Part shown: piece by piece, positions 26,819 to 39,800 of the stretch | Numbering within the stretch: position 1 is the first letter of the stretch | How the letters are laid out: every line of letters begins with the position of its first letter | Source: Tubiluchus corallicola | Taxonomy: Eukaryota; Animalia; Priapulida | Reading direction: 5' to 3' | Assembly: GCA_030141605.1 (NCBI GenBank) | Contig: JAQGDQ010000155.1 | Span: 62,001-126,000 of the forward strand | DNA length: 64,000 nt | The notes under the pieces: generated by a model | Databases searched by the model: none | The model's input: the letters and a program-made list of their open reading frames with translations, nothing else | Told to the model about the DNA's origin: nothing | Program-made: the position numbers and the translations under genes

Positions 26819-29800
26819 CCTATTTTTCCGATTCCTACGCATTGCTCGGCCGTAATTGTATATGTTCAAAACAACAAATTTGAGTTAAGTATTTCGAACA
26901 TTTTTTCAGCTTGCAGAAGCAGGTGGTACCGGTCTACCAACATGGTTGCATTTTGACCAATCTGGGATACTGCAGGGCGTGGCTTCCGAATCGGATGTGG
27001 GGCATCACTATATTCTGGTCACCGCTACGGGTAAAGAAGGCGACGAAGCCAAAGATGTGTTTGATATTCAGGTGCATGACACGTGTTGTTAATTTGTCAA
27101 ACAAAACAGACAACTAATTGAAGCCAGACTTAATCCAAATAAAGGGAATTTGAAAATGTTAGAACTGAATCTGAATTTCAATGTTTGGATGACAAGTCCA
27201 ATGCCATACTTTCCACTAGAATGCAGGTTATCCAGCCCTACTAGACATAGGCAGAATCGTATGGCATAGTTGTCGTAACTTGGTAGTCCTAAGGTCTCTG
27301 GTTCAAATCCAGGCTTGAATACACTTTTGTCTTACCATCTGCTCTTACAGTACATTTAAATACTACAGTCTTATCTGTTGTATGTTTAGAAGCATGGCTT
27401 CTGTTTGACACAAACTGGTGCAGAATAAACCCGAAATCGATAAATTAAAGTTAAAGAAACGTAAGTTTTATTTAATTGAGAAAAAAATCACAACCATATT
27501 AGCAGAAGCAATGAAGTACTGAACTGAACAGAACTAAAAAAGGACTAGTAAAAAACTGGCTTCGCTTATATATAAGTGAATTCCTGAAACAGGGGTGCAA
27601 CATGTTAAATTCTTTATGCCGCAGACCCTTAAGCAACTGTTTGCTGCAGTGCTTTCGGAGTATGTTCAGCAATTAGAGACTCCACAAATTTGAAATTACT
27701 GTATGCACATCTCATTTCAAATTCGTTTCAAATTCAAATCTAAATCTCAGTTTAAAGTAATTTTTGAAACCGAATCAAATTTGAATCTCGATTTGTAGGA
27801 GGCAAAAAACTACATTCGGTAAATGACTGTATAATTACTTTTGTATTAAAGTCACTATTGAATCGCCTTTGCAGCCTTTAAGAAGACCATTTGTTTTTAG
27901 TGGGGACTCATCCATTCTAAAGCAACATAGAGCTTGAGTGAATCGAATCGAATCGAATAAAAGCATTTGTAATAATAAATTCAAAGGTTTCGAAGCTTCA
28001 ATTTTGTTGGAGCTTAACGACATCCTTATTTAGCATTGATAGAGGGTCTTTTCAAACTCAGACATCATAGTGTGAAGTTCACTAAGTGTTAGTTGAGTTT
28101 AATTAATTAACTTGACTTGCATTTTTATCAGCTGTGTTTTGTTCTCATAGGTAACAAAGTCAGAACCGGATGTTCACATGTCGATAGATGGCAGCACTCT
28201 GTGTGAGTGGGACGATCCGGTCAGTATGCTAACTGTTGCCATCGATGCTGATTTTGACAGCTTGTCTCCGTTGGAGAGGGTGGCCCTTATCGATCGGTAC
28301 GCATTATCTATTGCTTAAAACACAAAGCAGGAGAAAATATGTCTCTAAATTTTCTATCACTTAAGTATTATCTTATTGTACACATGTAGAGGTTGCTGTA
28401 GCAGCGACACTGTATAAAGTTTATAAATTTAAACTCCCGTGACGACCTTTAGGCACAGCCATTTTAACGGTAACTCGGCTGAAACAAGTTTGGATAACAT
28501 TGCAAAAAAGGTTGAAGAATAATCAGATCATTCGTACCTCACTCTTCGCTAACTAAGCAGAATTGTGAATTACTTTACATTGTCAATAAGATCTGTGGTG
28601 CATTCTGGGATTGTGATGAAATGCTTTTTACCAAGTGGTATGAATATTTTGAATTATTGACAGTTACATAGTTACATAAGCTAATACTAACTAATATAAC
28701 CTTGGGTGGAAATTTCTTTGGATTACACTTTAAAATTCTCTTTCTTCCCCTTTAAGTAGACAAATAGTGCTACCACCAGGTATCTTATTTTCCACACCTC
28801 CAGTGCCAGTCGTTTGGTGCAGTAGTTGATCTCTGTTGCATCAAATTTACACTTGCTTAGCACCAATTTTGTTTAGCAGCAATCTTATAAAAACATTAAA
28901 AGAAGAAACTTTAAAGCTCTTCTTTTTTGCGCTGATCCACCATTCTGAGTTGAAATCATGTTAGTCAGTCTAATATAACTTCACAAAAGAAGAATAATAA
29001 TCTTTATTGAAAGTCGATTTTGAATTCGATGAGTAATTATATCATCGACTATAAATAACAAACTGCCTTTACTGAGATAACAAAATTTTTTATTATGTAA
29101 TTTTTACCCTTGTTACTCAGTAAAAGCATTTTACCCTGGCAGCTCTATTGAACCCACAACCTCATAGATACAAAGCAGCCTTGTTATTAATAGAACTATA
29201 TGTCTGTTCATGTATGATATGACTGACTCGCAAGTTCCTACTTGAAAATCATTTCTCTGTGTTAGTCTGAATACTTTTAAAGGTAAGTAATGTACTTGAT
29301 GGATGTCTTGTCGTGTCTGACTGCATGTGGTTATCTTTAGAATGAAGTCGCACTTAAACATAGCTCAGGATATGCTGTCGCTTACGCCTGTTGGTGGTAA
29401 AAAGATACTGGACGCAGCTGCTGTGATCGCCGGTGCGGGAAATGTCCAGCAAGCAGAGACACCTGGTGTTCATCTCACATGGCAGGTTAGTAGTTATTCT
29501 GTTTCCCGTTTATGAGGACCATTGAAATATGACTTCAGGTGTTTCTTGCTCTGCTTTTCCAGTTATCGAGATCCAATATCTTGATCTAAAGTGTCATTTG
29601 CGAATATTGCTGTTTACTTTTGGTTTAGTCGAACTCTAAATCCAAATTTTTAATGAGCTACTGACTTAGTTATGAACGACTTGCTGATAAGATAATAAGG
29701 GTGCAGTAATCTGCTGGTTGATCAGCAAGTATCCACATAAAGTTTTTTAATTTTAATTTTTTTGTGAATGGAGTTCTGATACTTAATGAGTAGCATGTTA

Positions 29801-32800
29801 CTTGTCTTTGCTTCGTTGCTCGCAGTTCCATTCATAGGAATGTCAGCGCAGAAAAGTGACGTAGAGATGAAGCAGCTATACTACTGACATTCTACACCTA
29901 ATCAAGGCCTACCCCTGTATTATTGACTGTTCTTTTCGTTCTTTTCATATGAGTGTGACAACTTTATGAAGCCGAAATTATTTTCAGTTTGTTTATTGTT
30001 TATAATAATAAATGTTTTCTCGTAAGTTGGTATCCTGAGGAAGATTTTTTAGGCTTCTGTATCTTGCAAATCAACTTGTTTTTTGTTGCAGCTTTCTGGA
30101 CTCCATAAACCCTCTGCGCCCAACATTGGAGCAATTCTTGCGAGTCCTAACCTTGCCGTAAGCGTGTGTTCGGGGACATGGCTTAGGGTGTCAAATTGTG
30201 TCCCGCAAACCATGACTAAAACAGAATTTCTGTGTTAGAATAATCATTAATTAATTGCTTTAATGTCATTAATTTACTTTCAATATAGGTTGGGTGCGGC
30301 ACAGAACCGACTCTGCTCAGTATCCCCGTCTTGCCATATGTTGAGAGGTCATCGCTGGACGGCTCCATGAGCCAAATAATCGGTCATCCGGTGCTTGGCT
30401 GGCACGTAACCACCGCAAAACCCGCACACGGTAAGAATATAATCAGTCCATACACTTAACTACTTAAGATAATCCATACATACTATAAACCGCTCGAGTA
30501 GAAATTTAAAATATAGTAAAGCATATTAGAAAAGATTACTGCATTAAGTTAAGTCGGAAATTTAGCTAATTAGCTGCCGTATATTGTAAAAAAAGGATTA
30601 ATACAGGTAGTTGTTGACTTTCGACCTATACAACTTATGATTATTTGACTTTACTATCCAAATTTAACTTAATTAATTAATTACACAAAGCTAAAAATAA
30701 CTAATACTTCCATCTTCATTTGCAGCAAATTAATTTTAAATCGCTTTCTGTTTCGATAAACTTATCCTTAGGTGCTGCCATCCTTAATGTGCGTGCACAC
30801 ACAACGTCTTACGGCACAAAACTTGAATATACTGGTCCAACTTGCATTGATTTCATCTCATGACCAATCAGCCGGAACCGATCGTGGTCCGAAATTGACG
30901 ACTACGTGTATAACCATTTCGAATAGCTTGTTGTGTTGAGTAGAAATTACCGGCCATTACAATACCGTCTCCTCGTACTTTGTAACTCATGAAAATTAGT
31001 CAGTTTATTTCTGAAATATTTTGAGTTGTGTTTCTAGTAAATTATTTGTGCTTCAATAACTCTGTGCGTATTTTTTACAAACTGTTGTGTTTCTAGTAAA
31101 TTATTCGTGCTTCAATAACTCTGTGCGTATTTTTTACAAACTGTACCTGCATTAGTAGAACTCTGCTTAGTCTCTCAGTTGGCTGGCCTATCAGCTGCTT
31201 CCAATAACCGAGTGCAGAAATGTAAATTTTCAAATTTTGAACTGCTTAGCTCTTAACATAATGTTGTAATGTTTTTTAAAATTTATGTAAAACTTCTCTA
31301 ATTTTGTACTTCAGAACTTATTTACAATTTTTGCTAATATGTTAGCCAAAAATAACATCGATATTATCTAAAGAATGTTTTATTAATTTATTTTTCTGTT
31401 TTCCAAATTCGTCTTTCTTAGGAAAACGGTTGAAACGCCGGCTTTGGTTGCAACCGACAGCATCCGTCGTGCCTCCTGTGGCAACGCATTACACAACCAC
31501 GACAATTCATGGCCAAGAGATGGTCGTTCCGGCCACCAGACTCGTGCCAGTGGACAAGTCACCCATCCACAAGCATCAGCGGACGAAGACGGCGGGACGC
31601 CATTATCACGTTAGTAGCTTTGTTTATTGATTTTTATTGCAACTTTTCATTAGCGTTTAATGAAGGTTTTTATTACTTCATTAAATGCCATGATGTTGTT
31701 TATTAATAATAGAATGTCTTGTGGAACATTAAAATTGAAACAAAAACATTCCTTAAAAATACAAATAAAAACATACAAAAATACATGTTGTGACGGTTAA
31801 TATGTAGATAATACTTGCATGATGAAGATCTCTCATGCCTTCACAGTTTGATTAATAAATTTGTTTTTTTTTGTCAACGTCATTTTTGGCAAATCTCTTC
31901 TCGTCCGTCAAAACTAGTCTATCTAGAAAGTGTTTTTATTCATGCTTAACAAGCCTCTAATAAACCGTAAATGACTTGGTCATTTTCTTTTCTGTGTGTG
32001 CTAATGAAATGTAATTTCATTTTTAATGCCAGTTCTTAAGGTCCTCATCTTTTATTATGTTGCGTGTAAGAAATCGGTGATTGGAAAATGTTCTAGGCAG
32101 AACCAACCCCGCTTCCTAGTGATGTAACAAGCCCCACTGTCCGACACACGTCATTCCGAGATACTTCAGTGAAAAGTACAGATGTTTTAGATTTGCAAAC
32201 TACCTCATATGATGAAACGGAAGGCTTGGCAACAAGCCGCGAGATAGATGTTCTTATTACTCCAACTAGTGTAATCCCTGAGATGCTGTTTACTACGGCA
32301 CTGCAACCAGCGCCACCTGTTGAGGAACCTGAGAGTGTTTCCTTGCTCACACCGTCTTTGGAGTCTCTTTCGTCAGTTGCTCAAGTTGTGCAAACTGTTA
32401 CTCCGGTGGTACAGACTGTGTTGAGGCCAGTTATTAGTAAAACTGTTGGTGCATTGCTAAGTGAAACTGTTGGCACACTGCCAGACAAAACTGTTGGCAT
32501 GTTGCCAAGCGAAACTGTTGGCACATTGCCAAGTGAAACTGTTATCATGTTGCCAAGCTATACTGTTGACATTTTGCCAAGCGAAACTGTTGGCATGTCG
32601 CCGAGCGAAATTATTGGCATGTTGCCAAGCGAAAGTGTTGGGACATCACCAAGTGAAACTGTTAACATGTTGCCAAGCAATACTGTTGACATGTTGCCAA
32701 GCGAAACTGTTGGCATGTTGCCTAGCAATACTGTTGACATGTTGCCAAGCGAAACTGTTGGCATGTTGCCAAGCAAAATTATTGGCATGTTACCAAGCGA

Positions 32801-33591
32801 AGTAATAGTAACTGCTGCTTCTCCTGCTGAACCTTCAAGCCCTCTGGAAAGTATAGTTACTAGCAAATTGGCTACTAGTGTGCCAGTTATTATGGCAGGC
32901 TCTGTGATGAACACTGTATTTGTTAGTGAATATGCTGTACATTTTCCTAGCTCCGATGTATCTAGTTCTCCATCAACAGGCTTATCAGAAACTCTAGTTA
33001 GCTCTCCAATAGTTGCTACAGAGAAGTTATCGTCTCCAACAAGTGCAATCGAGGCATCATTTGTCGAAGATACTACACCATTGGTAAGTGCAGTTACTGC
33101 GTCTGTGGACGTTTTGAAGCTGGAATCGACTACAGTGGTGGAGCCTTCAAGTGGATTTCACACATCGGAACTTTTAGCTCCGACTCCGGAACTGGAAATG
33201 GCTGCTTCTGAGTCGTCATTTGTCAAAACGCTTGAAGCAACCAAGCTTGTATTTGTGACTTCTACGCCATTGAACACGGATTCCGAGATGGTAATTGTGC
33301 AAGGCGTGTGCTGCCATCTATGTTTAGCGTGTGAAACTCATAATGTTTAATTCTAGCTCCTGCTAACACTTATCCGTTGTTGCACTGTGACTGAGACTAA
33401 CTACTTTGCTAGTGTTTCTGCTTTGAAGTAAAATCTAGAAAATCATATTAGTCATTTCCATCTCTCTCCCATTCAACTTTTCCCCCCTCTCTCCCTATCT
33501 CCTTGTCGTTTTTCCTCTTTCCTCGTCTTCCTTATTCCATGTTCCTTTCTCTTTCTGTGAACCTCGCTCTCCCTCTCATTCTCTTTCCCTT

Positions 33592-33654
<63 letters not shown>

Positions 33655-33747
33655 TCTCTTGCACCCACTGTTTCTCTCTCTTCGCTCACACACACTCTTT
33701 CTCTCTGTTTCTCACTCTTCTCTCTGTCTATCCCTCTCTCACACACA

Positions 33748-33816
<69 letters not shown>

Positions 33817-36800
33817 TCTCTTAGAAACTTTGGCACAGTAGTAAATTTCACTGTAGCAGTAAATCGATGAATTTTAAACTTTGCCAGTAACTATTTTGTG
33901 AACTCGTTTTGGCTTTCTGATCACGAGCTAACATATGTGACTGTGAACAAAACGAGTTACAATGACTGCGGTCTTTGTGTTACTACAGTTCTTATGCTTT
34001 GTGTGAGCCTTTGTCACTACATACAAACCCTTCTAGTTAGTATGTTAAATAGTGTGGTAATTTTAACTATTGATTCTTTTTTCTTCTTTTTACCTTTTTC
34101 TTCTTCATCTGGGTGTTCAATACCAACTAAAAATATAGTGTTTTGAGAGTGCTGTGGACTTACTCTGTGATCTTATCATCCAACTTAAAGACTGTAATAA
34201 TAATGTTATGTACCTATAGAATCTAAGACTATTTACAGAAGTAATTCCTTAGTAGCTAGACATAAAGTAAGTTAACTATTCCAATTATATTAACCCATGT
34301 CGCTCTTCATTGTTTAAATTGATTGTAACGTCTTTGCTAAATAATGATTTGTTAAAATATAATTGTAAGAATTTGTTAAAGAGAATAACATCAAGTCCTT
34401 ACATTTCTGAACAGGATAATACTATAGAAAAATTTAAAGCTTTTCTTTGTGTAGTTATAACTTTTTTGTTGCTTTGTTTATTTATTTCATGATTTTTCAA
34501 GTCTTAGTTTACATTTGGTTGTTAAAAGGTTACTGATGCCTCATCGGAAGCATCGCCTCTTCTGATTTTGTTACACACGACAAGTGAACATCGCACTGGC
34601 TTCGTTGCTTCATCTTCGGAAACTAGTTTCCCAGATTCTACCACTTCGACTAGAAATTTGTTTATTGACAGCACCGAGACTGCTTCTTCATTATCAATCC
34701 CAGTGTCCTCTACTCGTGTTTTTGTCGATGAGTCATTCGATGGATTAGATGTATCTATTAAAATGTCTCTGTTTGATGTCAGTTCTGCTGTAGAAACTGT
34801 AGCTACATCCTCTGATGCCGTTACCATGAAACCAAACCTGATCTCCAGTGAGATGCCAAAATCAACCCGTGAGACCTCTGCACGTCTCACTGACTTGAGG
34901 ACATTGTCTCCTGTAGCCAGTGAAATCTCTGCAATTGTAGCAACTGCGTCGTATTCAACAAAACTTTCCTTGTTCACCCCAGCAGACTCTGCAGTTGTTT
35001 CAACTTTAGAAGGAAGCTTGCCATCATCACTTGCCATTGTTGCAGCAGTGCCGCATGGTACATTGTTTTCATTGTTGCCGAGGCAACAGTCAGAATCACC
35101 ACTTGTTACTGGATTCCCGGCGTTAGCAACTAGAACGGTATTTTTTGTGGTGTTGGCTTCTCCTGTCTTCTTGTAGATAGATCGCAGGCACTAATGGCTT
35201 CGCTGGTATGGCATTTTTGCTTATCATTTCTTGAAGAAGCTGTGTGCAGTGTTCACTTTGCTGTATTCTTCTGCAAAGTGTTTGGCATTTACAATGTTTT
35301 GAATGTCTTTGCAAGCTTTTTCATTTCTGTTTATTTGTTCTACAGTTTTATTTTTCCGTTTCGTCTGAAAAATGTGCTTTTTCTTACCAAAACATGCTTC
35401 CATGTTACGGCTATTTTCGCGCCTTTGTGTAGAGCATTTGTGATTTTTTTATTGCTAATTTTTTTCGTTTTGTGTTTTATGCATTAGGTTATAAAATTTA
35501 TATGTATTTAGAAACACTATTTAACACAGTGTAAATCATATCCTTTTACTTATAACAATGTCTTGTTTTATTAATGACTGCGATTAAAAGATTTTATTAA
35601 CAGTTTGTTTATTGTAATACTAGAATGTACATGTTGTTTCTATAAATAGCTCATATTTTTTTTGAAAATTCGGATTTAACGTTGTGTATGTTTAATTGCT
35701 TTGAACACTAATAATTTTGAAGACATTATTATTTTTTATTGTGCTATGTAGTCTTACGATATAGCCACGAAACCTCAAGTCTCGTAGCAGACTATATTTT
35801 TTCGTTTTGACTCAGTATATCTGAGAATGTTTGTTTTCATCCTAATTTGACTTTGAATTGACCTCAGCGATACATATACGTCTCATTTTATATACTTGTA
35901 GAAAAAAATGTGTCGAAGTTTAGACCACGATAATAATTAGAAACAAGTGCCTTACAATGTTGCCAACAAGTTGAAATTTCACAGTGTGATAGTAAAACAC
36001 AATGACATTTTTCTGTAAAGTTTTACAGTTTACGTGCAAGTCTACAGTTTTAGTGATTTTTAAGTTATGGCCGAAAAGCTTTTGCACGTTAAAAAGTTAA
36101 GTGGAGCAATGTTGGCTAATCATCAACTCAAAAACAGCCATGTTGACGTATTAAGCACCCAACACATGGCAGCAAAACTGTCAAGAAATCAACCAGTTAC
36201 GTCATCGTCTTTACCATAGAAAATAAAGAAACCTTTAAAGGTTTGTTGCCAAAAAGAATTAGACATATTCCTCTATACTATAGGTATCTGAAATCCCTTT
36301 AAAGAGTTAGTGTTCGATGGCTGCACAGAGCCGTTTGATGCAAACGGCTAGAGGCAGAAATTGTTGAGTGCTGGGACCAAATACCCCTTAAGGAAGTGAT
36401 AAACTGTGTCAGCTGTTGGATGAATGCCTTCATCTAGTTTGTGCTGACAATTGTGGATGCAAAGAATATTTGCTGTGAATTTAAACAGTAGTGACATGCG
36501 AAATTTTTCCGACATCATTAATTTAAACTTCCGTGCCTTTAAATAAATCTAAGGGCATACTACTTCCATAACATCAATGTGATAATTTTCAAGTATTTCC
36601 ATTATTTTTTTCTGATAATATCGTAATCAAAACTTCGGCACATTTTTTACGCCACCTGAAATTTCACATAGTTCTCACATTTGTGGGCAAGAATCTTTTG
36701 TTAGAAATAACTGCTAACATTTATCCCTTATTACCAAAGGTTAGAGAAAAACTGGAAAAGACTGAAGTAGTACCTCCGCTGCCAGTGGTGCCCTCTGTTA

Positions 36801-39800
36801 TCCTCTTAATGGAAACATCGGATATTGGCACTTGGCAAACGGCCACGTTTGTTACCACGGAAACTGTCCCGGTAGAACCATCTGTTCTTTTTGCTGCCGA
36901 GGAATTGTCAAGCTTAGTCGAGAGTTCATTGTTCGCGACTGATTTACCATCATCTACTGCTGTAATAACAGGAGTCAGTAAATTTAAGGCTGTTAGCATG
37001 AGTGACGTGTTTGGATGCCTAGCTGCTTGCATTTGTGCATGGCTGGTGCTAGTCTTATTACTAAAACCTCGGTTGCTTTTTGTTGTAAAAGCCGTTGAGT
37101 TTGAACTGATTTAATTCGCTGATAACAGTTTGGTTTTAGAGAATGTATGTATTTCGAAACAAAGAAACTTTTTGGATTAGTCAGGCCTGGAGCGTTTTGT
37201 ATTTTGCGAAAGCTAGAGTAAGGTAGTGCTGCAAAGTGTTGCAAAATTTATACTATAATGTCTGACTTTTTATATGATGCTGAGTGGTATGTAGTAATGC
37301 TGTGTAATCATTAACATATAATCAGTCGATGCTCGTTAATTTGTAAATTGAAGCATCTTGCATTTTTTATTGATCCCAACTTCCCACCTTCATGACATGA
37401 AACTCAAATAAGCCACTACGAGCGAGTGATTGCGGCAACCTTGTTGTGATTGGTTGAGGTAGTTTTTGCAAACTTTTTATTGGCTGCATCCAGTTTGCCT
37501 CCGTGTAGATCACTCGAGTGGGCTATATTTGTCTGTTTTGATTGGTATGTCATGGTATCTGAACATGTCTGTTTTCATCCTGATTTGACCTGGAATTGAA
37601 CCCGGAGATACATTTGTCTATGGTCTTGCATATGACCCCAATGACCTTGAGTTGACCGTAGTGACCTATTACCTTACAGTATGACTATAACTGTTCAAAC
37701 CTCTTTGATTTAGTTGACCTGGATTTACCTAACACTGCTTGATTTATATGAACAATCTAATAAACTTAATAATAATGATTTCCACTATAACAAAGGTGTC
37801 CTTATGAATGCTATTAATATGTGTGTGTTTTATACATGAAGAGATTAAACTTTGGTACACTAAAAACGAATTCTGTAATACATTTTTTCAAAATCTTTTG
37901 CTGCCATCAGTGGCATCATCTACAGAAGCGTTTTCGCTAATACTTGAATGCAAAGAATCCAGCTGCGTTATATTTGCAATAAGCTGACCAGTTACATGTT
38001 GCAGTTTTCACTGTTACACACTTGAAGTAAAATGTGTGTGAATGTAGGAAGTTACAGTACATTGAAATATTTTGAACTTAAGTTCCAAAAAATGGAGAAT
38101 GCTCTTTTTCTGATGAAATAAACCGATGGTTATTAACATTAATATTTGAAGCAGTACTTGATACAAATGAAGATTGTGAGAAAAAGTAGGGATTGTGCCT
38201 GGATTTGAACTCGTGTCTTTTGGATTATAAGGGCTGTGCTAAAATCACTAGATGTGCTGAAAAACCTGAACTTAAAGTTTAAAAAATGAACACTAATGGG
38301 CTCTATTTTCCGATCCGAACACACTGTGCACATATATTGTTTGTTGTTCTTCAAGCTTATAGGAAATTAACATTCAATTGTTTAATGATATCCTTCTGAC
38401 ACTATTTGCTGTATTCAGGGTACGGCAACTGAAGTTTCAGGACAGGAAGGCATTCAACCTACGGCGGTTACGAAGATGGAGGCGACCGAAAAGCCCGGAG
38501 CGGTCACTCCTCCTCTGGTATGAACCGTGTGGTTAAATTTTTATTCGTTAAATGTGATTAAACTGCTGTGATGTTAATGTCTTGGAGGGCGTTTAAAGGT
38601 ACCAGATGAAAGCAGTATAAATGTTTCGTTTGCGCTTCACTTTTCTGTATGATTGACTTCGGCAAGAAGTGACATAATAATACTACTCAAAAAATGGCTT
38701 TATAGGACTTGGACATGGTAGTGACAACAGTAACGAACCTTCAACTTTCAGAGTTTTACTGAAAAACATTTGTATCTACTGCAAGAACTCTAATATTTCT
38801 GCAGGTGCTTAATGAAAAAATACTTCCCCGGTGAAAAACGATCTGACGTATAAAATCCCGATAACACGTTCATGCTTGTATTTTTTTTTCCAGAAAAAGC
38901 CGGTACCCACAAAAAAGCCGACTGGTATAAACTTGAAACCGCAGTTGAACCGTCCGATCGACTTGATAAGTGCTAAAGTGGGACAGGTAACAGAACAGCA
39001 GTTTATTAATGATGATGTTGTTTATATCATCGCTGATCTGTCTATCTCATTAACAGCATTTAAGCTCTCCATTTTTGCTCTGTAGCAATGCTCAAGGTCT
39101 TAAAATGGCTGGCGTGGGGAGTTTGAGTGAGGAATTTGCAAAATGTGGCAAACCGAAAGGTTTGTGCAGCCAAACTTGTACAGGCGATAGACTGAAGAAT
39201 GAACGCCATTTCTTGGTGTACTCCGTGACATTATTGATCGTTGAAAGTCAAGAGTTAATTTTCCTATTTTTTGTTTTATTCAACTTGTGAGCTAGAACTT
39301 AAGGACCAAAGTTAAAGTATTTCTCTTTTATGCAGATCATTCCTAGTAATTCAAGGTCAAAATTCCATGTATTTCTGTTTTATGCAGTTCACGACCTAGA
39401 AATTCAAGGTCAAAATTCAATGTATTTCTGTTTTATGCAGATTGCGACCTAGTAATTCAAAGTCTAAAGTCAATGTGTTTCTGTTTTATGTAGATCATGA
39501 CCTAGAAATTCAAGGTCAAAATTCAATGTATTTCTGTTTTATGCAGTTCACGACCTAGAAATTCAAGGTCAAAATTCAATGTATTTCTGTTTTATGCAGA
39601 TCATGACCTAGTAATTCAAGGTCTAAAGTCAATGTGTTTCTGTTTTATGTAGATCATGACCTAGTGATTCAAGGTCAAATGTTAGTTTACTTTTGCTTTA
39701 TGCAGATCCTAAGGTATCAGGTACCTGACGACACCTTCAGCGATTTTGAGGATGGAAATACGAGGAAATTGCGTCTGGAACTTTTGGATAAGTCAAAGAA

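Noticed and set aside
27262-27325. Possible tRNA gene
   Set aside because: Only a B-box/T-loop is recognisable; no acceptor stem or cloverleaf
34522-35037. Minus-strand ORFs overlapping the mucin exons (also 32558-32914 and 36721-37032)
   Set aside because: Antisense shadows of plus-strand coding sequence
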